Notes: generated from the sequence alone by a model not told the origin. 40,775 bases of DNA from an uncultured virus (IMG/VR IMGVR_UViG_2049941000_000903) (IMGVR_UViG_2049941000_000903), one strand, 5' to 3'. Numbered from the stretch's first letter, positions 30,010-38,783 are shown. Numbers and translations are program-made.

Positions 30010-30236
30010 AAACAAGGCTGCTCAAGAGACTAAGGCAAGAGGCAAAGAAACTGTACCACGTGTACCCCGGACCGAGTGGCAAATACTCTGTCCGCACACC
30101 CAACCTCGGCTTACTTGCGATTTGCGATACATTAGAGTCGGCAATCGAAGAGTGCGAAGCACATAGGAGGTTCTACATTATGACAATGCTCCACCTCAAG
30201 AGGAACGAAAGAGTAAAAACAAAGGCAATTTACTGA
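30006..30236 (+). CDS. Hypothetical protein, 76 aa
   Basis: ORF with ATGA overlap. Confidence 0.7.
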   Translation: MKTRLLKRLRQEAKKLYHVYPGPSGKYSVRTPNLGLLAICDTLESAIEECEAHRRFYIMTMLHLKRNERVKTKAIY

Positions 30237-30237
30237 T

Positions 30238-30717
30238 ATGGAACAAGAAGTCAAGAACATCGTCGTCGGGATTGATCCGGGCGAAAAAGGTGGCCTCGCG
30301 GTCCTGCGCGGAGCACAACTCCTTACCTACAAGATGCCGACCACGTACCCCGACATCTTCAGTCTCCTGTCCGGCATCAAGGCCGCATACTCCCCCGCCA
30401 ACATCACTTGCGTAATGGAGCGTGTTGGTACGGGAATCCCCGGCCAATCGTCAAAAGCCACCGCCACCTTCGCACGGCACTGCGGACACCTTGAGATGGC
30501 TCTCTACGCACTCGGCATACCTACCGAGGAGGTCACACCGCAGAAATGGCAGAAGGCGTACTCAAACTCCATCGGCACGGCTAAAGGACTTACCAAAACC
30601 GAATGGAAGAACAAACTCAAAGGGCTTGCACAAAGGCTCTATCCAACGGAGAAAGTCACACTTAACACCGCAGATGCGATACTATTGGCGCACTACGGAA
30701 AAATGAATAACCTATGA
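30238..30717 (+). CDS. ruvC: RuvC-like Holliday junction resolvase
   Basis: VGIDPGEKGGLA, VMERV, VTPQKWQK and ADAILLAHYG. Confidence 0.85.
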   Translation: MEQEVKNIVVGIDPGEKGGLAVLRGAQLLTYKMPTTYPDIFSLLSGIKAAYSPANITCVMERVGTGIPGQSSKATATFARHCGHLEMALYALGIPTEEVTPQKWQKAYSNSIGTAKGLTKTEWKNKLKGLAQRLYPTEKVTLNTADAILLAHYGKMNNL

Positions 30718-30935
30718 AAACACTTGGGATAATCCTGCTCACGGCAATCATCTTCGCCGTCATAGTGGTTGGTGCATTGTTCGGTGTACTTGGGTACATC
30801 AACGAGGAAACACGGAAGCGGTGCGGGAACTGTATGTTCTTCGACCGTGACTTGCGGATATGTTGGGGCAACCTATCCAAGAAAGGTGAGTATATCAAGG
30901 GATGCGAAAAACACGTCAGGAAAGATGAAGGATAA
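30714..30935 (+). CDS. Small membrane protein with CxxC...C...C motif
   Basis: TM helix then KRCGNC...IC...GC. Paralogue of 36361..36597. Confidence 0.7.
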   Translation: MKTLGIILLTAIIFAVIVVGALFGVLGYINEETRKRCGNCMFFDRDLRICWGNLSKKGEYIKGCEKHVRKDEG

Positions 30936-31044
30936 CACGAACTTCGTCTTGGAGTTAATCAAGACCCTTGCATTGGTAGCGATAGCGGTCACGCTCTTCT
31001 GCTTGGTGTATGCCATTTGGCCGATGATACCGATTTATGATTAA
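30925..31044 (+). CDS. Small membrane peptide (39 aa)
   Basis: MKDNTNFVLELIKTLALVAIAVTLFCLVYAIW. Confidence 0.55.
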   Translation: MKDNTNFVLELIKTLALVAIAVTLFCLVYAIWPMIPIYD

Positions 31045-31047
31045 CCG

Positions 31048-31109
31048 AATCCGTGGGGGAAGGTTATTAGTAATAAGTGTTGAGAGTATATTTCCTTCCC
31101 TTGCGGATT
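31048..31109 (+). ncRNA. Intergenic long-stem RNA element (copy B)
   Basis: AATCCGTGGGGGAAGG pairs with CCTTCCCTTGCGGATT (16 bp, three G-U pairs). Confidence 0.55.
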
Positions 31110-31124
31110 TTTAACGGATAGATT

Positions 31125-31985
31125 ATGACAAGAGAAGAAGCAGTTGCGTTGCTTGAACGCTATTCAAATTACGATGGAATGGGCATCCCCAATCTTGCTG
31201 GATGCAAAGAGGCTATGAAGGTAGCTGTTGAGTCGTTAAAGGAGGTATACCCCGAACTCCGCGAGAGCGAGGACGAGAGGATAAGGAAAGAGATGGTAGA
31301 GAAGATTAGCAACTTGGCTTGTGGTTGTTTTATATCGCAAGAACAAAAGCAAAAATTCATCGCCTACCTCGAAAAGCAGAAAGAGCCTCATTACACCAAG
31401 AGGAATGCACTCTTTGACAAGTGCGTGGCAGAATGTGACCCAGAGATTATGCAAAGAGTTTCTGACGAGATAGATGAGATGTTGGAGAAAGAGCAGAAGC
31501 CAACCTCCACGGAAGATATGCCATATATCACTGATGAGCATTTCTATGAAAGGGAGCCAGTCGATTCCTTCAAATACAAACTTGCGGAGTATATGACAAA
31601 GTGCTGCACCAAGAAGGAAGGCCCATACGGATATGAATATGGCATTAGCGCTGAAACCATCTTGAAAATGGCAGAAGAAGAACTACTCAAGAGGGGTGTT
31701 GTTCAGAAGCCAGCAGAGTGGAGCGATGAGGATGAGGATATGCTAAACTCTTGTATTTCCTCAATCGAAGAGGCGAAAGAGAACCGATATGCCTATAAAG
31801 AAACGGATGGAGACACCTCGTATGACCACGAAATTGACTGGCTCAAATCCCTCCGCCCTTCTTGGAAGCCGAGCGAGGAGCAGAAAGAGGCGTTGGAGTA
31901 TGTAATCCGTGACTACCGCGAGGATAGTTGCAACGCCACCGCCAACTACTTACAAGAAATCCTTGACCACTTAAAGAATATGTAA
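31125..31985 (+). CDS. Modular protein, ESEDERIRKE / KPAEWSEED / WKPSEEQ family, 286 aa
   Basis: Conserved linker motifs shared at DNA level with 32943..33998. Confidence 0.85.
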   Translation: MTREEAVALLERYSNYDGMGIPNLAGCKEAMKVAVESLKEVYPELRESEDERIRKEMVEKISNLACGCFISQEQKQKFIAYLEKQKEPHYTKRNALFDKCVAECDPEIMQRVSDEIDEMLEKEQKPTSTEDMPYITDEHFYEREPVDSFKYKLAEYMTKCCTKKEGPYGYEYGISAETILKMAEEELLKRGVVQKPAEWSDEDEDMLNSCISSIEEAKENRYAYKETDGDTSYDHEIDWLKSLRPSWKPSEEQKEALEYVIRDYREDSCNATANYLQEILDHLKNM

Positions 31986-31989
31986 TGAT

Positions 31990-32057
31990 AGGGCGTGGTG
32001 GATGGTAGTATCGTATTACTTTGGAGGTGGGACGATGCTATGTAGGTAACGCACCCT
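31990..32057 (+). ncRNA. Intergenic stem element (copy C)
   Basis: Outer stem AGGGCGT / ACGCACCCT plus inner TAGTATCGT / ACGATGCTA hairpin. Confidence 0.45.
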
Positions 32058-32075
32058 TTTTAACTTGATTTAGAT

Positions 32076-32231
32076 ATGGACAAGATAGAGAAGATACGCC
32101 AAGAGATTGAAAGGCGAAAACAAAGCCTTCGAGCGGCGCGCCAAACCGAAGAGGGAATGTGTGCGAGTTTTATTGGGAGGAACAGAGATGACACTTGGAA
32201 AATTGATATGGGAGAATCTTTCCCAGCTTGA
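32076..32231 (+). CDS. Small hypothetical protein MDKIEKIR (51 aa)
   Basis: Same start as 34105..34551, then unrelated. Confidence 0.5.
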   Translation: MDKIEKIRQEIERRKQSLRAARQTEEGMCASFIGRNRDDTWKIDMGESFPA

Positions 32232-32361
32232 CAAGGAAGACTATGAGGTTGTATCGGCAACAATAGTATTAAAAGACTATAACAGTGGGAAAATCAATTC
32301 TTACGGCGTTGACCAATTCGGTTGCTTCTATGAGATTAAAGCAGAGGAGGAAGAGAAATGA
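32188..32361 (+). CDS. Small hypothetical protein (MTLGKLIW...KAEEEEK)
   Basis: An allele of its 3' end occurs at 2457-2499. ATGA overlap with the next gene. Confidence 0.65.
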   Translation: MTLGKLIWENLSQLDKEDYEVVSATIVLKDYNSGKINSYGVDQFGCFYEIKAEEEEK

Positions 32362-32480
32362 CACTTGCAGATTTAGTAAACAAAGCCCGTGATTGTGGTA
32401 TGCCGTTTTCCGCTTGGAATATTCCACTACTGAAAGATGGGAAGCCTTTTGATATTGATTTTGAAGATGAAGGAAGTAAC
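32358..32480 (+). CDS. Hypothetical protein (3' truncated)
   Basis: MTLADLVNKARD up to the gap. Confidence 0.55.
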
Positions 32481-32505
32481 NNNNNNNNNNGAAGAAACCA
32501 ATACA

Positions 32506-32940
32506 ATGCGCAAAGAAATCAAGCGCAGAATACACGAAGTGGAGAATGAACTACGGGCATTAAAGGAGCTTGTGGACTCCGAGGCTTTTGCTCCCAAAGA
32601 GCCAGCACTGACGGAGTTTGAGGAAATGCTATATTCAATTTTTGATGCATACAACGGATTAAAGATTGATGTTAGAGCAGCAGTTGATGCCAACGCTAAA
32701 ACCCTCCTTGAACTCGCCAAGAAAGAAATCTGCATGGGTTGTACTGTTGGACTTGACCAATATTGGAAAGGTCGCGAGGATGCAAGGAAGGAGTACGATA
32801 AGTCCTACACTTTTCACTATAACCCGCCTTGTTACCACGGAGGAGTATGTACCAATCCTATGAGGGACTGCATCAACTGCCCAAGAACGGGAGGAGACAT
32901 AGGTACATTCACCACATCGGGAACTTGTAAAAAGGATTAG
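32506..32940 (+). CDS. Hypothetical protein with Cys-rich C-terminus
   Basis: PCYHGGVCTNPMRDCINCP. An allele of the last codons occurs at 28528-28580. Confidence 0.75.
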   Translation: MRKEIKRRIHEVENELRALKELVDSEAFAPKEPALTEFEEMLYSIFDAYNGLKIDVRAAVDANAKTLLELAKKEICMGCTVGLDQYWKGREDARKEYDKSYTFHYNPPCYHGGVCTNPMRDCINCPRTGGDIGTFTTSGTCKKD

Positions 32941-32942
32941 TT

Positions 32943-33998
32943 ATGGACAAATACGAGAAACTATACAACGAGGCTTTGGAACGCTTCAAATCGTTCAAAG
33001 AAAAGTATTATACCAAAGACACAAATCTTGGTGATGTAATCTTTGACAAAAACGGTGAAATGCAAAAGGACTTTAATGGTATCTTCCCCGAACTCCGCGA
33101 GAGCGAGGACGAGAGGATAAGGAAAGAGATTGTCTCCATCGTGAAGCAGTACGGCAGAATCTGCGAGAAAGAAGGCGACCCCTGCTGCACAATCAATGAC
33201 TGTCTCGCCTACCTCGAAAAGCAGAAAGAGCCTCATTACACCAAGAGGAACGCGCTCTTTGACAAGTGCGTGGCAGAGTGTGACCCAGAGATTATGCAAA
33301 GGGTTTCTGACGAGATAGATGAGATGTTGGAGAAAGAGCAGAAGCCAGCAAAGCATAATCTTACAACTTGGCATCGTGATGTTGTTTATTGTGCTATGTG
33401 CAATAAAAATCTTGATGAGGGGTTAAGGTGCAACTTGGAAATAGTTTACAAAATTATAAAAGACATTATTGACCGAACACCAGTCGTTAAAGAGCAGAAG
33501 CCTGCAGAGTGGAATCCAAACAATGAAGATGTTATTCTATTCAATAAAGCCGTTACAACAAATCCGAATTTAACTCCATCAGAAAGGGCAAAACTTGACA
33601 TCATTCGAATGAAATTCAAGCATTGCAACGGTCATATCGCAACAAATGATTTTGACCTTGCGCTTGGCGAGAGGTATATCCAAGGATACAACGATGGGCA
33701 CAACGATGCTTTTGGGGAATCAAAGACCGCAGAGTGGAGCGAGGAGGATGAGTACCGCAGAGAGGGTGTAGTTGAGTGGCTACGCGACCATCAAAAGACT
33801 ATTGACAGAAATAGCAATAACCAAGCATACGAAAGCATAGAATCCCTTATTTCTTGGCTTAAATCCCTCCATCCTTCTTGGAAACCATCCGAGGAGCAGA
33901 TTAAGGCCATCGAAAGTTGTTTCTGCGAGTTTGGCGAAGGCTGTCCAGATGAAGATGGACTCCGCTCATTGTATAACGACCTCAAGAAACTGATGTAA
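32943..33998 (+). CDS. Modular protein, ESEDERIRKE / KPAEWSEED / WKPSEEQ family, 351 aa
   Basis: Same linker motifs as 31125..31985, with different intervening modules. Confidence 0.85.
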   Translation: MDKYEKLYNEALERFKSFKEKYYTKDTNLGDVIFDKNGEMQKDFNGIFPELRESEDERIRKEIVSIVKQYGRICEKEGDPCCTINDCLAYLEKQKEPHYTKRNALFDKCVAECDPEIMQRVSDEIDEMLEKEQKPAKHNLTTWHRDVVYCAMCNKNLDEGLRCNLEIVYKIIKDIIDRTPVVKEQKPAEWNPNNEDVILFNKAVTTNPNLTPSERAKLDIIRMKFKHCNGHIATNDFDLALGERYIQGYNDGHNDAFGESKTAEWSEEDEYRREGVVEWLRDHQKTIDRNSNNQAYESIESLISWLKSLHPSWKPSEEQIKAIESCFCEFGEGCPDEDGLRSLYNDLKKLM

Positions 33999-34003
33999 CT
34001 AAT

Positions 34004-34086
34004 AGGGTGGGAAAGCAATCTGTAAATATATGGAAAATTGATAGCAATCTTGTGATGCTCAGGAATACCAATGACTTTTCCACCCT
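34004..34086 (+). ncRNA. Intergenic stem element (copy D)
   Basis: AGGGTGGGAAAG pairs with CTTTTCCACCCT (12 bp). Followed by the same TTTTAACTTGATTTAGATATG as copy C. Confidence 0.5.
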
Positions 34087-34104
34087 TTTTAACTTGATTT
34101 AGAT

Positions 34105-34551
34105 ATGGACAAGATAGAGAAGATAAGATGGTTTGTTAAAGAACTGCAACAAGACTTCATTTCGATTCATCCAAAGGATTGCTCGTTGAAACTCGTCAAG
34201 TCATACGCAGGGTATGCCTATTTGGACAAGGTACTTTCCTTCCTTGACACCCTCTCGGAAGAACCCGACAAGAGTCTGGAGGAAGTAGCATATAAATACT
34301 CGTTTGATAGCAGATCATCCATATATGGACAAGTAGATGTCATTGATGCCTTCAAAGCAGGAGCAGAGTGGCAGAAGGAGCAGATGCTCAAGATAGTTAC
34401 GAAGGATGATAATCTGGAAGAAGCAGGGACACAGTATGTTGAAACCTATTTCCGTGATATTGAGTGGACTCCTGATGTTATCAAGTCGTGTTTAGAAGAA
34501 GCCTTTATCTCTGGAGGAGAATATGTTTTTAAGCAAATTAAATATGAGTAG
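34105..34551 (+). CDS. Hypothetical modular protein (LEExA...AFxxGxE repeats)
   Basis: Two internal repeats: LEEVA...AFKAGAEW and LEEAG...AFISGGEY. Confidence 0.75.
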   Translation: MDKIEKIRWFVKELQQDFISIHPKDCSLKLVKSYAGYAYLDKVLSFLDTLSEEPDKSLEEVAYKYSFDSRSSIYGQVDVIDAFKAGAEWQKEQMLKIVTKDDNLEEAGTQYVETYFRDIEWTPDVIKSCLEEAFISGGEYVFKQIKYE

Positions 34552-34810
34552 AATTGAGGAATCAATATCCAAGTTAAAAAAATTCAAGTATCACGCAATA
34601 GGAAGGCTTGAACTTGAAGATGCTATTGATAATGTGGTATCGTGGTATGGACAGATGCTCAAGGATGCGGTGGAAGGAGAAGTTTATGATTATGGTGGTG
34701 GCTCCTTTGGGCTTATTGCACGTTGGCTTGATATGCCAAATGAACCTGTTTTCAAGGGTGGAGAAAAGGTCCGCATAGTTGTGCTTAAAGCAGCGGAGGA
34801 AGAGAAATGA
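34544..34810 (+). CDS. Hypothetical protein (QMLKDAVEGEV...KAAEEEK)
   Basis: Shares CAGATGCTCAAG with the preceding gene and ends in the AEEEK linker. Confidence 0.7.
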   Translation: MSRIEESISKLKKFKYHAIGRLELEDAIDNVVSWYGQMLKDAVEGEVYDYGGGSFGLIARWLDMPNEPVFKGGEKVRIVVLKAAEEEK

Positions 34811-35184
34811 AATTCGGAGAACTTAAAAATCTGAACTACCCCGATTGTATGGAGGTGGAACAAGTGCTTGCTGATTTGTTTTACAATGGACAAGTGAGCT
34901 TTTTGAGTGCTGCGGTGGCATATTCCAATTCGCTTGAGAGAGACAGGCACGATAAGGAAAGTCTGTTCAATGAAGCCGCTTGTGTCATTACGATGGCATT
35001 GAGTGGTAATTGGAAAGGCAAGTACAAGGAGCAGCTCGTCAAACGGGCAATTCACATTCTTAATCTCAACAAGACATTTCCTTCAAATATCTACAATGAC
35101 CAGTACGGATATACCAGCGAAGATAAGAAGGAGTGGGACGAGTTTATGAAAATGCACTATGATTATCAAGAGAAGGAGAAATGA
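34807..35184 (+). CDS. Hypothetical protein, 125 aa
   Basis: ATGA overlaps at both ends. Confidence 0.75.
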   Translation: MKFGELKNLNYPDCMEVEQVLADLFYNGQVSFLSAAVAYSNSLERDRHDKESLFNEAACVITMALSGNWKGKYKEQLVKRAIHILNLNKTFPSNIYNDQYGYTSEDKKEWDEFMKMHYDYQEKEK

Positions 35185-35285
35185 TGTGGGAATACGTCGG
35201 CACACTGCTATTCGGAGTGATAGCGTTCTGGCTTGGATATAAGTTCGGAAGATTAAAGAAACAAAGAGATGATGAGGATAGATAA
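35181..35285 (+). CDS. Small membrane peptide MMWEYVGTLL, copy 2
   Basis: Near-identical to 2764..2865. Confidence 0.7.
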   Translation: MMWEYVGTLLFGVIAFWLGYKFGRLKKQRDDEDR

Positions 35286-35511
35286 AAGACTGTTAGAGCC
35301 TGAGTCATCACACGGATCTAAGCAACTAACAGAACGCGAGGAGTGGGAAAAGAACGGATGTAGTAATAATGAAGAATGGCACCGCTTCCTCAACAAACAG
35401 ATGTGGAGGGAATATACTTCTGACCTTAAGAACGGCTGCTATATAGGCACGCACGAATCAAATCTCAATGCTTGGAAGCAAAGAAGGAAAAGAGATATAG
35501 ATATTGATTAA
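35269..35511 (+). CDS. Hypothetical protein, 80 aa
   Basis: An allele begins at 40678. Confidence 0.7.
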   Translation: MMRIDKRLLEPESSHGSKQLTEREEWEKNGCSNNEEWHRFLNKQMWREYTSDLKNGCYIGTHESNLNAWKQRRKRDIDID

Positions 35512-35516
35512 CTGGT

Positions 35517-35903
35517 ATGACCAAGGAACAGATTCTTATAGAGCTTAAAAAGTTGTCCCTGGAGGATAAGTTCTCCGTGCTGGCAACCCTGTCCCGTATT
35601 GCCGGGTTAGAGGAGAAAGATAACCAGTTGGACATACTTGTGAACCATCATATAGATTTAATGAAGCAACTGTCTGGGGACGACTTTCTAACCGGTAGAA
35701 CAAGAAAGAACAGTCAGGCAAGAATGGTTGTAGCAAGATGTCTCCAAGAAGCAGGACTTAACTTGTCACACGTTGGACGTATACTTGGATATGACCATTC
35801 CACCATTTCCCATTACAATAAATTGTGGGAAGATGCGCTGTCTTTACCAGTTGCTTACAAAGACGTACTTAAATTATACACAACTTATAAATCAATGCTA
35901 TGA
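35517..35903 (+). CDS. DnaA C-terminal-like HTH protein, paralogue of 29436..29849
   Basis: QARMVVARCL...LSHVGRILGYDHSTISHY. Confidence 0.7.
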   Translation: MTKEQILIELKKLSLEDKFSVLATLSRIAGLEEKDNQLDILVNHHIDLMKQLSGDDFLTGRTRKNSQARMVVARCLQEAGLNLSHVGRILGYDHSTISHYNKLWEDALSLPVAYKDVLKLYTTYKSML

Positions 35904-36364
35904 CGATAATTGGAATTGATCCAGGAGAGAAGGGAGGTATAGCAATACTGTATCAAACCGATGGGCTTATCAACACCTTCAATATGCCGGAAACCTATCC
36001 GGACATTTATAATCTGCTGAAGAACATCAAGCTCACATCCTCACATGGCGTAAAGTGTTATCTTGAGGACGTGGGTAAAGGCGTTCCTGGTCAGTCATCT
36101 TCTGCAACTGCCAAGTTTGCGAGGCACAACGGACATCTCGAGATGGCTCTTTATGCTCTTGGGATACAGACGGAGAAAGTCACACCGCAAAAGTGGCAGA
36201 AGTTCTATTCCAATCAGGTCGGGAAGTCAACTGGTCTAAGCAAGACGGAGTGGAAGAATAAACTCAAGGGGCTTGCACAAGCCCTATATCCTACGGAGAA
36301 GATTACGCTCAGCACTGCTGATGCAGTCTTAATAGCACATTACGGTAAAAAACAGGAAGTATGA
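35900..36364 (+). CDS. ruvC: RuvC-like Holliday junction resolvase
   Basis: IGIDPGEKGGIA, YLEDV, VTPQKWQK and ADAVLIAHYG. Confidence 0.85.
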   Translation: MTIIGIDPGEKGGIAILYQTDGLINTFNMPETYPDIYNLLKNIKLTSSHGVKCYLEDVGKGVPGQSSSATAKFARHNGHLEMALYALGIQTEKVTPQKWQKFYSNQVGKSTGLSKTEWKNKLKGLAQALYPTEKITLSTADAVLIAHYGKKQEV

Positions 36365-36597
36365 TTTACGTTTGTCTTTTCCTTGCTGCGCTGGTAGTCG
36401 CAGTTCTGTTCCTCTTTGCTGCATATTATCTTGCCAATCGTTCCAATGAACTTACCAAGAAGAAGTGCGGTAACTGCGACTTGTACGACAGTTCTATGTC
36501 TACTTGTTGGTTGAGGTGCGAGAAACGCTATCCGGGAGACGACGGCTGCGACTACTTTGACCTTAAGGAAGCCGATTGTGAAACACCCAGTCAATAA
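36361..36597 (+). CDS. Small membrane protein with CxxC...C...C motif
   Basis: TM helix then KKCGNC...TC...GC. Confidence 0.7.
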   Translation: MIYVCLFLAALVVAVLFLFAAYYLANRSNELTKKKCGNCDLYDSSMSTCWLRCEKRYPGDDGCDYFDLKEADCETPSQ

Positions 36598-36625
36598 CTT
36601 TACAGTTTGCAAATAATGTATTAAT

Positions 36626-37384
36626 ATGGAATGGAAGATAATTGATGGATATCCATTATACAAAATTAATAATATCGGGCAAGTAAAGAGTATCTGGTTT
36701 AATAAAGAAAAAATTATTAAACCGATTATAGGTCACGGGTATTACTACGTAAATCTTCATAATAATAATGGGACTAAAAGATTCGCGGTTCATAGATTAG
36801 TAGCAAATGCCTTCATTAGTAACCCTTACAACAAATTATATGTAGATCACATTGACGGTAATAAAAGTAATAATGCCGCAACAAATTTAAGATGGGTTAC
36901 TGCAAAAGAAAATTCAAATAATCCAATTTCTCTTGATAGAATGAGAAAGAATCTTGTCGGGCACTATGCTGGTTTGGGAAGATATGGTAAAAAACATCCG
37001 CTTGCGAAGCCGGTGGACAGAATTGACATATATGGGAATATAAAATCATATGAATGTATAGAAGAAGCTGCAAGAGATGGGTTCGAGAAAAACAGCATAA
37101 GCAAATGTTGTCGAAAACTATTAAAATCTTATAAAGGGTACATATGGAGATTCGCAGGTGATGACGACAGGGATTTATCTATATTACATAAAGAACTTGC
37201 AAAGCGTGATTGGCCAGTATGGAGAAAAGATATAGATGGTACAATAACTTATTATGAACACGTATCAGATGCCATAAAGCAGTATGGGTTATCAAAAAAG
37301 CATATATATCAATGCTGTAAAAGCCCATATAAAAGGCATTATAATGGGTTTGTCCATTGGTCCTTTATTCCATTTAGTGCATAA
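36626..37384 (+). CDS. NUMOD4-HNH homing endonuclease with NUMOD1-like repeats
   Basis: EWKIIDGYPLYKINNIGQV, VHRLVANAF, VDHIDGNKSNN and ISKCCRK...YKGYIW. Markedly AT-rich. Confidence 0.92.
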   Translation: MEWKIIDGYPLYKINNIGQVKSIWFNKEKIIKPIIGHGYYYVNLHNNNGTKRFAVHRLVANAFISNPYNKLYVDHIDGNKSNNAATNLRWVTAKENSNNPISLDRMRKNLVGHYAGLGRYGKKHPLAKPVDRIDIYGNIKSYECIEEAARDGFEKNSISKCCRKLLKSYKGYIWRFAGDDDRDLSILHKELAKRDWPVWRKDIDGTITYYEHVSDAIKQYGLSKKHIYQCCKSPYKRHYNGFVHWSFIPFSA

Positions 37385-38769
37385 TTTATTACCATTCTGT
37401 TTGCACGATCCACCTTTGACTGGTCATACCTGATGTATATCATGGTAGTACGGTTATTCATGGAATGACCAAGAGCCTGTGATATAACATCTATAGGTAT
37501 CCCAATCTGGTAGGCGAAGGTGGCCCACGAATGTCTGGCGAAATATGTGGTTATCCCTGGAATGACAGGCTCTACCTCCTCACGTTCCTCCCCGAAGATT
37601 TCATCCTGCCTCTTGACAACTGGTCCAATCTTCTGGCAGGCTTCGTTGATGGCCCTTGCAAACGACTTGTGATGCTTGCAGTGATCCATTGCTTCGAGCA
37701 GGTAATCCTTGCCTCTATACTTGTCAAGCAGCGCTTGTGCTTCCGGCTCAATCCTGATGGAGTATTTCTTATGCGTCTTGTTCCTTATGTATTCTAACCT
37801 GCCATCAACTATCTGACCATGCTTGGCAAGAAGAAGGTCCTTAATATTGATTCCGATAAGGAGAAAGGNNNNNNNNNNGTCCATTGCTTCGAGCAGATGC
37901 GTCTCACCGGCATACTTGTCAAGAAGCACTTGAGCCTCCGGTTCAATCCTGATGGAGTATTTCTTATGTGTTTTGTTCCTTATATACTCTAACCTTCCAT
38001 CCACTATCTGACTATGCTTGGCAAGAAGAAGGTCCTTAATATTGATTCCGATAAGGAGAAAGGACAGGAGAAAGTAATCCCTGTACTTACCATTGATTAC
38101 GTCTGTGGGAAATTCCACGAAGGCACGGAAATCTTCCACACTTACGCTTCTTTTCCTCGTAGGCTCCGTCTTGAACTTGAAGCCATCGAAAGGATTAACA
38201 GATACTATGTGTGTCTTAAAAGAATAGTGGCAAATCGCCCTTACGCATCGAAAGTAGATTGCTCTTCCATTTGGACCTTGAGTTCTGGCAAGGAATTTCT
38301 CAAATCCGAAAAGCCATTTAAGATTTACACTCTCTATCTTAAGACTTTCCCCTCCGTAAGAAAGCATTTTCTTAAGCGCACACTTGTAAACCTCACGCGT
38401 TCCGTCCTTCATTGGCTTGGACATATACTCTTCAAAGATGTCATTAACCAGATGTCCTTTGTTAGTGTCTGGAGAGGACGACATGATTCTTACCTTTATC
38501 TCGGCAGCGGTCAGGGTCTCAAAATAGTTTTCAAGAGAGAGTAGCGCAATGCTCTTGTCTATCTTGCTCTTCTGTTCTATGAGTTTTATGTTGAGGGCGG
38601 AGTAGGTTGAGGATAGTTTTATCTTTCTTCCGTCCCAGTCATCCGGAGAAAGACGTATGCCGGTAGATATAGAGGCGCTGGTCCTGTTATGGATAATCAT
38701 AATAAGAACAGTCCCCTTACCGTCCTTAGCCTTGGAACGGAGGTCAAGATATAGTTTGGTGGTAGTCAT
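37339..38769 (-). CDS. int: Phage integrase (tyrosine recombinase with arm-binding domain); about 60 codons duplicated across the gap
   Basis: N-terminal YLDLR.KAKDGK...ISTGIRL...WD arm domain. GINIKDL, RNKT, YFARHSWAT, LGHS and TMIY catalytic motifs. Confidence 0.92.
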   Translation of the reverse strand: MTTTKLYLDLRSKAKDGKGTVLIMIIHNRTSASISTGIRLSPDDWDGRKIKLSSTYSALNIKLIEQKSKIDKSIALLSLENYFETLTAAEIKVRIMSSSPDTNKGHLVNDIFEEYMSKPMKDGTREVYKCALKKMLSYGGESLKIESVNLKWLFGFEKFLARTQGPNGRAIYFRCVRAICHYSFKTHIVSVNPFDGFKFKTEPTRKRSVSVEDFRAFVEFPTDVINGKYRDYFLLSFLLIGINIKDLLLAKHSQIVDGRLEYIRNKTHKKYSIRIEPEAQVLLDKYAGETHLLEAMDXXXXFLLIGINIKDLLLAKHGQIVDGRLEYIRNKTHKKYSIRIEPEAQALLDKYRGKDYLLEAMDHCKHHKSFARAINEACQKIGPVVKRQDEIFGEEREEVEPVIPGITTYFARHSWATFAYQIGIPIDVISQALGHSMNNRTTMIYIRYDQSKVDRANRMVINYALNGIKDQWTNPL

Positions 38770-38783
38770 AAGCTTGTTTCACG

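Noticed and set aside
37684..38062. Internal tandem duplication in the integrase
   Set aside because: The two copies flank an N spacer and differ by scattered substitutions, so they are overlapping alleles. The same applies to 22990-23501.
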